Shown: piece by piece, positions 48,017-56,176 of the stretch | Numbering within the stretch: position 1 is the stretch's first letter | How the letters are laid out: the number at the start of each line of letters is the position of its first letter | DNA from: an uncultured Desulfospira sp. | GTDB taxonomy: Bacteria > Desulfobacterota > Desulfobacteria > Desulfobacterales > Desulfobacteraceae | DNA: 64,000 bases | Assembly (NCBI GenBank): GCA_963663165.1 | Contig: OY760175.1 | Span: forward strand, 4,864,001 to 4,928,000 | Direction of reading: 5' to 3' | Position numbers and translations under genes: made by a program | The notes under the pieces: model-generated | What the model saw: the letters and a program-made list of their open reading frames with translations, nothing else | The model's database searches: none | What the model was told of the DNA's origin: nothing

Positions 48017-49448
48017 CTGATTATATCGGATTTTGGGGAGGGCTTCGGTACCCACCCAAAGAAGCCGAAATGTAAAGGTTATGCAACCAGTTGTCGTGAT
48101 ATCTAAATTGATTCAGCCTTTCAGCTGGGCTTTTGAATCCGTTATGCCTTTTGACGGTTTCCGGGTTGTAAGGAGCAAAATTATGAATGAGTGTCCATCC
48201 TCGAATGCTCAGTTGCGCTGCATCCATTACTCCATGAAAATATTGAGTGCTGAACAGATGGCGATCCATTCTTTGCATCAATCTGTCAACCATGTTGCTC
48301 GTTCTGTGTGCCTTGGGATGATCATAGGCGTTTCTGTATGAAACAATATTTTTCCGTAATTTGTTTATGGGGTCTGATATAACATTCGGAGCATCTTGCT
48401 TTTTGCACCATTCGATCAACCTCCTGATTCGCTGTGAAAATGATATTTTGCTTTCAGCCCGATAACAATCCCATAGTTTTGATGCTGTTTCATCAAAAAT
48501 GTCTCTGTATTTCTTCTTTGCCCTATCACGAATTTTTATGAATACATGCAAAAAACAACAAACGATGGCTACCGATGGAAAAAGGCTTTTCCATGCCTGC
48601 CGGGTAGCTTTCCATCCGTCTATATTGACGGTCTCCGGAGAATATTCAGGCCGAAGGCATTGGGCTTCATCCCGGTAAAATTGATAAGCTCCAGTCAAGG
48701 CTTGTTTTCCAGCATTTTGAGCAACAGACGCTCCAAGAATGCAGCCATTTCCAACAGTTGTTGCCACATAAGTTTTTTCTCCCAGAATCCGGGTATGCTT
48801 CTCATCCGCCGCAAGATGTTGCGGGATGTCTTCCGGTTGTCGGATGGTTGTTCCAACGATACTATTGCGACCAAGTGACTGCTCAATCCGGTACCAATAC
48901 ATTGGATCCTTACCGAAAATGTGGCTCAGTGCCCAGAAGGGCACATTAAATTTTCGCATAAAAAGAGCTTTTTCAACCTCATCGACCAAGCCGGTGAGAT
49001 AGGGTGTCACAAAGGAAGGGCGGACTGTGTAAGCAATGCCGGACATCTCGATTCGCCGAATAGGGATCAACATTTTTTTTGAGTGATAGATATCTTTCAT
49101 TCGATATCCTTCTCTGGAAATTTCAGCTGGAAATAGTTCCGGGAAAAGCTCAATCCTTTCATTGAGACAGTTCCGAAATTTGTCAGGATTTTGAATGTTG
49201 TCATTATAATCATCTTGAGAAAAAGGCACACATATGGTTCTATGGTTTCGGATTGCGGATTCTGTATCTGTTTCCCACATATAGTTAGAGACCTCCTTGG
49301 CGGGTTTGGTCTCTAACTATATGAAATTATTGACAAAAAGTCTAGTCGGAATTCCCTTTGATTTCAATGGGTTACGAAAAAGTTTTTTACCCCCTTCCAA
49401 TGATTAGAGCGGTTTTGGCCTCTGTTCCCCTAAATCCGTTATAATCAG
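48017..49448 (-). mobile_element. 1432-bp IS with 23-bp TIRs and 8-bp TSD
   Basis: CTGATTATAwCGGATTTwGGGGA ends (21/23 match); GAATAATA at 48009-48016 and 49449-49456. Confidence 0.92.
48021..49280 (-). CDS. Transposase, IS256/Mutator-like RNase H fold, family uncertain
   Basis: AADEK, NIDGW, CFLH (CxxH), RTSNMVDR; fills the TIR-bounded element. Confidence 0.8.
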   Translation of the reverse strand: MWETDTESAIRNHRTICVPFSQDDYNDNIQNPDKFRNCLNERIELFPELFPAEISREGYRMKDIYHSKKMLIPIRRIEMSGIAYTVRPSFVTPYLTGLVDEVEKALFMRKFNVPFWALSHIFGKDPMYWYRIEQSLGRNSIVGTTIRQPEDIPQHLAADEKHTRILGEKTYVATTVGNGCILGASVAQNAGKQALTGAYQFYRDEAQCLRPEYSPETVNIDGWKATRQAWKSLFPSVAIVCCFLHVFIKIRDRAKKKYRDIFDETASKLWDCYRAESKISFSQRIRRLIEWCKKQDAPNVISDPINKLRKNIVSYRNAYDHPKAHRTSNMVDRLMQRMDRHLFSTQYFHGVMDAAQLSIRGWTLIHNFAPYNPETVKRHNGFKSPAERLNQFRYHDNWLHNLYISASLGGYRSPPQNPI

Positions 49449-49977
49449 GAATAATAAGATAGCCATTTCCGTCTCCATTGATCCTTGTGATACCCTCCTA
49501 TATGCATACAATTATTATTATGTCGATAAGGTCGAGGGCAAAGAAGTGTTACTTTATGAAAGCGCTATTGAATGCAAAGATCACGAATTGTCAATCAGCT
49601 TGCCCGAAAACTTTTTGCTGGGCAACCCTGTATACCTTAAGGTGGTTGTTCGGTCGGAATTTTCAGAGCTTGGCTCCGCGCAAATTGATCTCAGGGAGTG
49701 TGAACTTGCTGGTGAGTGGGTTAACGCCACGCTTTCCTATAACCCCCATGTCCTAGCGGACACAACGAAGCATGAAACACTTGCAAATTTTGAAAAAAGG
49801 TCATAGCCCGGATGGCCACCCAAAATCCCCCACTTATGGCCACCTCAAAATCCCCCACCTGAGCGTTTAAAAAATCAGGCGTAATCGCTGATAATCAGGA
49901 AATTCAGGAAAAACGGCGACAGAACGTTTAAATTCCCATGTATTACCCGATCAATCTAATCATGGGAGTTGGAAAGG

Positions 49978-52620
49978 ATGAACGTTTTGAAACCAGAAAA
50001 ACAGGCAGCAATCAGCACATTACTCAACAAGAATGTAAGCCAGCGAGAAATCAGCAGGAAAACTGGTATTGACCGGAAGACAGTACGCCGATACATACGT
50101 CAAAACGCTCCCGGATCAATCCAAATTCCCCCACCGGAGGCCACATCAAAATCCCCCACCCCGGCCACCGATCAGATTGGAAAGCCCCCACCCCGGCCAC
50201 CGGCTGATTCAGTGGATTCAGGCCCCATACCGTTTCACGCAAGATCCGCCTGTGAGCCTCACCGGAAATGGATTGAAGACCAGGTTCGACTGGGCAGAAA
50301 CGCCATGGCTATCTATCAGGATCTGGTGGAGCAGTTCAGTTTTGAACATAAGTACAACAGCGTTAAACGCTTTGTCCGCAAGTTAAAGCGCAAAGACCCC
50401 AAGCAGTTTGACCGACTGGAGTTTAGGCCTGGAGAAGAAGCCCAGGTGGATTATGGCCAAGGCGCCTTAACCAAGGGGCCGAATGGCAAATACAAACGTC
50501 CCCGGTTATTTGTGATGACCCTGAAATATTCCGGGCGCTCCTTTCGCAAGGTGGTCTGGAAATCCAGTCAAGAAACCTGGGCCAGGCTCCATGAAGAGGC
50601 GTTCCGGTATTTCGGTGGTTGCCCTGAATACGTGGTCTTAGACAATTTAAAAGAGGGTGTTATCAAGCCGGATATCTATGAGCCTGAGTTGAACCCGGTT
50701 TATGCAGCTGTACTGGCTCACTACGGTGTAGTAGCAGACCCGGCCAGGGTACGAGATCCCGACCGCAAGGGCACGGTGGAGAATGCCGTTCAGCATACCC
50801 AGAATACAGCCCTGAAAGGAAAGCAGTTCGACACCATTGAAGCCCAGAATGAATGGCTGATGCACTGGGAAGAAAGATGGGCATCAACCCGGATACACGG
50901 CCGGAAGAAACGGCAGGTGGAGGAGATGTTCCAGGAGGAAAAGCCCCATTTGTCCCTCCTGCCGTTGAAAGGGTTTGAATATTTTCGCCAGGAGACCCGC
51001 ACAGTGTATGATGACGGAACTATCCAGGTAGACTCATGCTATTATTCCGCCTTGCCGGCGCCGTTGCACCAGGAAATCATTGTCCGGATTTATGAAACAC
51101 AGATTGACATCATCAATCCCCGGACCATGGAAAAAATCCGCACCCATATCAAAGGCGACCGGCCCGGAGCGGTTAAGATGGAGGAGGAAGACCGGATCTT
51201 CAATCCATCCCGGCAAACAACCAGCCTTTTGAATAAAGCCGAAAGTATCGGTCCTGCGACGAGACAGCTATGCGAACTGATTTTCAAGGAAAAGGGACGC
51301 CCCGGACAGCGCCGGATGCAGGGCATTGTCAATCTTGCCCGGAAACATGAGGCCGGCAGTATTGAGGCGGCGGCCCAAACAGCCATAGAGAAGGGATTGC
51401 GCAGTTACAAATCCTTTTGCCGGCTGGTTGAACACCAGAAATCATTTACAGATACCAGACCACAAGAGGGTATCAGCCAGGAGCATGAACTGATCCGGCC
51501 GTCAAATGATTACGGTCAGTTTTTCGACACGTATGCTGCAGGTAATCAACCCGTTATCTCAAAACAGGACCTGCCAAAGGTATGGCAAAGTGCCGACTGG
51601 TTGAAGGTGATGGCCGTTTTCGGCCTTGAGCCCCAAAAGAACAAAAAAGACGAAATCTGGATTCAATCCCCTTTTACCGGAGAACAGAACGCCTCTTTGC
51701 ATGTGCATCTGGGGCAGAATGTCTACAAGGACTTCAGCAGCGGCAAAGGCGGTGGAATCCTCAATTTCTGCCAGGATCTGCTCGCCCGCAAAGGGCGGGT
51801 GATGAACTGCTACCAAGTGGCGGAATGGATGATCAGCGAAGGCATTTCAAGCCTGAACAAACCCGTGGCCGTTGAGCCCAAACCAACTCCAGAAAAGAAT
51901 CAGGCCAACCCGCCGGTGAGTATTGATCTGCAACCGTTTCTGGAAATCGTTCATCCGGAACTTGAAAACCGGGGGATTTCCAATAAGGCCTGCAGATACC
52001 TGGGATGCGGATATCTGCCCAAGAGAGCCACAGGCAAAAGTTCTCCATTAAACGGAAGAGTGGTCTTTCAGGTGCGAGGGATCAGTCCGGAACTAACCCC
52101 TGTCATTCTAAGCCATGTCGGCCGTGCATTGACAGACCATCAGGCTGACCTGGATGGCAGATACTGGGGCTTTCCTTTCTCCAAAAAGCTGGAAATCTAC
52201 AACCAGGACAAACTGCTGCTGGACCCAAACGCCAGGGATCAGGTGGAACGATATGGCTTGACCCTTGTGGAGGGCTTTTTTGATGTGGCAGCCCTGGTGT
52301 CCGCTGACTGTTTGAATGCAGGCGCTCTCATGGGAGCACATCTGGCAGTGGAACAGGTTCTCCAACTCAGGTTTCTGGCATCACATATGGATATAAACAA
52401 GGTCAACCTTTTCCTGGACCGGGATGAGGCTGGAAGTAAAGGGACCCGGGCTGCGGCATCACTACTTACGCACCATGGGTTTACTGTAAATGTGTTTGAC
52501 TGGAACCACCGGTTCAGCCGGCCTGGATGTCCACCTGCAGGGATCAAGTCCGATATAAAAGATCCGGCGGACATGTCTGAAACCCAGCTCAAATACTTAA
52601 GAAAACAAGGGATGATTTAA
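49978..52620 (+). CDS. istA: IS21 transposase IstA fused to a C-terminal DnaG-like (ZBD-like plus TOPRIM) module
   Basis: HTH ISRKTGIDRKTVRRY; DDE AQVDYG / VLDNLK / KGTVE; then SPFTGEQNASL..YKDFSSGKGG, LVEGFFD, FLDRDEAG, KDPAD. Confidence 0.88.
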   Translation: MNVLKPEKQAAISTLLNKNVSQREISRKTGIDRKTVRRYIRQNAPGSIQIPPPEATSKSPTPATDQIGKPPPRPPADSVDSGPIPFHARSACEPHRKWIEDQVRLGRNAMAIYQDLVEQFSFEHKYNSVKRFVRKLKRKDPKQFDRLEFRPGEEAQVDYGQGALTKGPNGKYKRPRLFVMTLKYSGRSFRKVVWKSSQETWARLHEEAFRYFGGCPEYVVLDNLKEGVIKPDIYEPELNPVYAAVLAHYGVVADPARVRDPDRKGTVENAVQHTQNTALKGKQFDTIEAQNEWLMHWEERWASTRIHGRKKRQVEEMFQEEKPHLSLLPLKGFEYFRQETRTVYDDGTIQVDSCYYSALPAPLHQEIIVRIYETQIDIINPRTMEKIRTHIKGDRPGAVKMEEEDRIFNPSRQTTSLLNKAESIGPATRQLCELIFKEKGRPGQRRMQGIVNLARKHEAGSIEAAAQTAIEKGLRSYKSFCRLVEHQKSFTDTRPQEGISQEHELIRPSNDYGQFFDTYAAGNQPVISKQDLPKVWQSADWLKVMAVFGLEPQKNKKDEIWIQSPFTGEQNASLHVHLGQNVYKDFSSGKGGGILNFCQDLLARKGRVMNCYQVAEWMISEGISSLNKPVAVEPKPTPEKNQANPPVSIDLQPFLEIVHPELENRGISNKACRYLGCGYLPKRATGKSSPLNGRVVFQVRGISPELTPVILSHVGRALTDHQADLDGRYWGFPFSKKLEIYNQDKLLLDPNARDQVERYGLTLVEGFFDVAALVSADCLNAGALMGAHLAVEQVLQLRFLASHMDINKVNLFLDRDEAGSKGTRAAASLLTHHGFTVNVFDWNHRFSRPGCPPAGIKSDIKDPADMSETQLKYLRKQGMI

Positions 52621-52649
52621 GGGATGAAAAAAGAAAAAAAGGAGGTATC

Positions 52650-53429
52650 ATGAGTATGACGACCACGGAACTTGAAAAACACTTAAAAGAACTCAGGCTG
52701 AGCGGTATGCAGGCTACCCTGGAAAGCCGGGCATTACAGGCCAATCAGTCCAATGCAAGCCTTGTCGAAGGGCTGTCATGGCTGGTTCAGGATGAACTGG
52801 ATCATCGTTCTTCAAATCTTAAACAACGCAGATTCAAGGCATCCGGCCTGGATGAACTCCAGACGCTGACGGATTTTGACTGGGGGTTCAATCCAAAACT
52901 TCCTAAAAAGGAAATTTATGAACTGGTGACCGCCAAGTTCATAAAAAATGGAGAGCATGCCCTTTTAATCGGTGCGCCGGGTACTGGAAAGAGCCGGATT
53001 GCCAAAACCATTGCCCACGCATCTGTTCAATTGTTCCAGAAAACCTTGTACCGGGAGGCCCATGTGTTTTTTGAAGACATGTTCGAAGCCGAACAAACCC
53101 ATAATCAGAAAAAGATCTTCAAACTGTTTACACAGGCGGATCTTTTGGTTATTGATGATTTGTTCCTTCGTAAAAGAATGCCCAACGATGCGGCCGATTA
53201 CCTGCTGGATATCATCATCAACCGATATTCAAAAAGGAAGAGTACGGTAATAACGTCAAACAGACCCCTTGAAGACTGGGGCTTGCTGCTCAAAGACAAT
53301 GCCGCATCATCGGCCATACTGGATCGGCTGCTCCACCATGGTCACCTGCTGAAGTTCGAAGGGAAAAGCTACCGTCTCAAGGAAGCCGCTAAACGGCTCT
53401 CTGCGCCACAAAATAAGAACGAGGGATGA
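52650..53429 (+). CDS. istB: IS21 helper AAA+ ATPase IstB
   Basis: LKELRLSGM, DFDWGFN, GAPGTGKS, LLVIDD, ITSNRP..DW, AILDRLLHH, GKSYR. Confidence 0.95.
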   Translation: MSMTTTELEKHLKELRLSGMQATLESRALQANQSNASLVEGLSWLVQDELDHRSSNLKQRRFKASGLDELQTLTDFDWGFNPKLPKKEIYELVTAKFIKNGEHALLIGAPGTGKSRIAKTIAHASVQLFQKTLYREAHVFFEDMFEAEQTHNQKKIFKLFTQADLLVIDDLFLRKRMPNDAADYLLDIIINRYSKRKSTVITSNRPLEDWGLLLKDNAASSAILDRLLHHGHLLKFEGKSYRLKEAAKRLSAPQNKNEG

Positions 53430-53538
53430 AAAAAGGAAAAAATCGCAGATTTTAAGAGCATAACTTAGATCTCAATATTCTGTCGCTGGGGGATTTTGAC
53501 CCGGCCACAGGTGGGGGATTTTAAAGTGGCCATCCGGG

Positions 53539-53920
53539 ATAGCTATCAATTTTTTTTCGACCAAGAAAAATATATGGAGTGCGACAGGTTTTTAAAACGT
53601 GATAAGCTGTCTGCAGAACCTCGGGGATACGGGGCCTTTTCGGCAGGGTATGAATATCCAGATATTTATCCAGAGTCTGGGTCCGCCGCCATCCATTTTG
53701 GTCTGGATAGACCCGCCATAATTGAGAATCCTCTGCCAGGGCTGCCTTTGTACGGCCGGTGGACTCCACCCAGTAATGAATGGCCCGGTTCATCAGATCA
53801 ACAATAAGTTCAGGCAGCGATGCAGAATCTCTTTTTTGAACAACCTGATTCCAGGCAGGGTCTGATTCAAAACAGGTGTCTTTGATTAAAGCTGTGGCAT
53901 CGTTGATATCCGCAGCTTTG
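53539..53920 (-). pseudogene. Orphan C-terminal fragment of a larger, probably signalling, protein
   Basis: ELIVDLMNRAIHYWVESTGRTKAALAEDSQLWRVY....WRRTQTLDKYL...LPKRPR reads as a genuine domain; in-frame stop upstream, no RBS. Confidence 0.45.
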
Positions 53921-54453
53921 AGTTAACTGCTTTTTTGTGCAGCCGGTATGGTTAGACGGGGAATACCCCCCGTATGCTTCGAGCATGTTTACCATCCATA
54001 CTCTGCCGTTATTTTAAGCCAGTCGTTTTGATTGGACATCCGCCGGGCTCTTATAACCATAATTTTTTTGATCAGGTTCTGCTCCTCCCCCGATCCCGCA
54101 ACTAACTCTGGCATAATCTTTTTTATGACCAGGCCTGTTTTGAATAGGACGGCATGAGGGTACATTTTTGTTTCTATGACGCAGCAGAAATCAACATCAC
54201 TGCTGCAGCTGCCAGGCTTGGGCGTTTTTATCCTTTGCCATTGGCGGTTGATCCTCAATAAGTGTTTGGTGCAGACTTTTTCTGTCTCCGGATATGAAAC
54301 TCAAGCCAGGGCTAAATATCAAAAAAACGGAAATTTCTCTGAAATTAACAAAAAAAAGGCTTTGGGTGGGGCTTACGGGAGCATATTATTTATTGACAAG
54401 TGGGGACCTTCTAAGTGTTAGCTTTTTATTATATTTTCATATTGTTACATACT

Positions 54454-54748
54454 TTAAGCAGAACGGTTTTCCCAATAATCTGGCTTACGTTTATGTGAGC
54501 AACCGCAATGATTCGAATATGATCAGGTTCAATTGAATAAATGAGGTAGTAAGGGAACCTTGGAACCAAATAACACCTAAATGGTGCTTGCAAAATCCGA
54601 TATACGAATGGTGAGTCTGAAATTTGCTTAGCGGCAGACTCAATGGCAACTCGAAACCGCGTCCCAGGCCATTTTGACACTCTTCATAATACAAGATGGC
54701 TTCTAAGAATTCTTCCTTGGCTTCAGGGTCAAATCGTACCGGATTCAC
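54454..54748 (-). pseudogene. RelE/ParE toxin with two frameshifts
   Basis: F.PEAKEEFLEAILYYE....GLG..F / RFPYYLIY....IRIIAVAH / KRKPDYWENR split by frame changes. Confidence 0.8.
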
Positions 54749-54978
54749 TTGGCGATTAATCTTTCATCGTCTGAAAAAACTTCATGCGCTGGTATTCCAG
54801 GACGTAGCCCTTTCTGATATTCTTGATACCTACGCTCCGCTTCATCAAGCCATGCAATATCAATATCACTCAATGGGCTTTCGTTAAGAGAACTTAATAG
54901 GCGATCAGCCAAAAAGGCCCTTTCCTGAACAGAGAGATCAAGGGCTTCGTTTTCTATTTTTTTTAGTAAGTCACTCAT
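54745..54978 (-). CDS. Addiction-module antitoxin (TIGR02574-like)
   Basis: EALDLSVQERAFLADRLLSSL, AWLDEAERR; overlaps the toxin start. Confidence 0.85.
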   Translation of the reverse strand: MSDLLKKIENEALDLSVQERAFLADRLLSSLNESPLSDIDIAWLDEAERRYQEYQKGLRPGIPAHEVFSDDERLIAK

Positions 54979-55072
54979 ATTTTTCAAATCCTTGCATTTG
55001 TTTTTAATATCTCAACAATAATACCATACTTTGAAAAAAATTGAGAAGGGTTCTTCAGTTCATCGTTTCGGA

Positions 55073-55187
55073 AGCTAACGCCGGAGTGGTACCGGTCACT
55101 CCGGCGTTGATCAAGGCGCGCGGAGCGCGCCTTGATCAACGTTAAAATCACCGGTTTATCCGGTGATTTTTCTGGTTGGGGTTAAGC
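55073..55187. repeat. Three consecutive hairpins with attC-like boundaries
   Basis: AACGCCGGAGTG/CACTCCGGCGTT, GTTGATCAAGGCGCGC/GCGCGCCTTGATCAAC, AAAATCACCGG/CCGGTGATTTT; minus strand GCTTAAC...GTTAGCT. Confidence 0.6.
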
Positions 55188-55234
55188 ATAGTACCCCGGA
55201 ATTCGATTGAAAAATATGCAGCCTTTGCTGTAAA

Positions 55235-55561
55235 TCAGGCAAAAGCACTTCTGAGGGGTCTGGCTTTTTCTATTCGCGCTTTTCTTTCCGGGTTATGCAA
55301 GACGTTCCATATGTCAATACGTCTTTGTAAATTCAACCAAAATTCCGGCGTGTTTTCAAATACTGTTCCAAGCATCAATGCGGTATCAACCGTGATGGCT
55401 CTTTTCCCGGTACACAGTTCATTAACTGTCCTGCGGCTTACTCCCATTGCCTGGCCAAGTTGCCCTTGAGTGATCCCTAATGGTTTAAGGTATTCCTCGG
55501 TGATTATTTCCCCCACGCTCACAGGCTTTCTTTTTGTAATAATCATTTTGTACCTCATCAT
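55235..55561 (-). CDS. higA: HigA family antitoxin
   Basis: GEIITEEYLKPLGITQ..L...MGVSRRTVNEL..GKRAIT, TPEFWLNLQ. Confidence 0.92.
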   Translation of the reverse strand: MMRYKMIITKRKPVSVGEIITEEYLKPLGITQGQLGQAMGVSRRTVNELCTGKRAITVDTALMLGTVFENTPEFWLNLQRRIDIWNVLHNPERKARIEKARPLRSAFA

Positions 55562-55854
55562 CTGTAATCATGGTTGTCCAGATAAATATGTCCCGCCTCG
55601 CCCCGAACATCATCCCATGTAAAGATTAGTCGCCATTGTTTATTAACCCTTATAGAATGTTTCCCTTTTAATGTCCCTGTCAATTTTTCAAAATGATTAC
55701 TTGGAGGAGTACGCAGATCCAAATCACAAGTTGCATCATCAATGATTTGCAATTTTCTAAAAAGAACATCTCGAATTGAAGATGGTATTTTTTTATGATT
55801 GACATCGTCGATAAAAAAATCCTGGAGCCATTTATGGCGAAAAGTTGCAATCAT
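55558..55854 (-). CDS. higB: HigB toxin (RelE superfamily)
   Basis: MIATFRHK.L, DLRTPPSNHFEKL.G, SIRVNKQWRLIF.W. Confidence 0.92.
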   Translation of the reverse strand: MIATFRHKWLQDFFIDDVNHKKIPSSIRDVLFRKLQIIDDATCDLDLRTPPSNHFEKLTGTLKGKHSIRVNKQWRLIFTWDDVRGEAGHIYLDNHDYR

Positions 55855-55889
55855 GGTTACACAGTAACACTCATGGTTACATTAGTAAA
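55855..55889 (-). promoter_or_regulatory. higBA promoter/operator, probably leaderless
   Basis: TTTACT -17 bp- (TG)tTACTGT -6 nt- ATG; overlapping palindromes GTTACACAGTAAC and TTACATTAGTAA. Confidence 0.6.
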
Positions 55890-56176
55890 GTTTTATATGA
55901 TTTTTTTCATCCGTGCCATGAAACCAAATTACACCGTTATTTAAAAACATGTAACGAAAAAACTGTATCATGTTTAAATGCATAAGATATTGTAAAGTAT
56001 AGACAATAAAACCTCCTTGCGGCATGATAGCTTTTATATATGCGGCTGGATTAACATCAGTTATCCAGAATCAATTACCACAAGGAGGTTTCAATGGAGA
56101 GTATGCACTACATCGGAATGGATATCCACAAAAAAATAATTGCATTTTGCATTAAAACCTTTAGCGGGACATTAAT

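Larger units (their letters stand above)
47888..49806 (+). pseudogene. Exported protein gene (about 160 aa reconstructed) interrupted by an IS
   Basis: AAGGAG-ATG, then a frameshift in an A6 run into signal peptide KTLAVFIALW...CLA; the frame resumes after the TSD (NNKIAISVSID...KRS*). Confidence 0.65.
49807..53538 (+). mobile_element. IS21-family element (3732 bp) with primase-fused IstA
   Basis: Ends CCCGGATGGCCAC...GTGGCCATCCGGG with repeated AAAATCCCCCA boxes; ATAG duplicated at 49803-49806 and 53539-53542. Confidence 0.92.

Noticed and set aside
53496..53807. Plus-strand 103-aa ORF as a continuation of the 49806 gene across IS21
   Set aside because: It begins inside the IS end, needs an extra frameshift, and the opposite strand encodes the more protein-like sequence.
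53989..54258. 89-aa minus-strand ORF
   Set aside because: No recognisable motif or RBS; could be a cassette remnant but unsupported.
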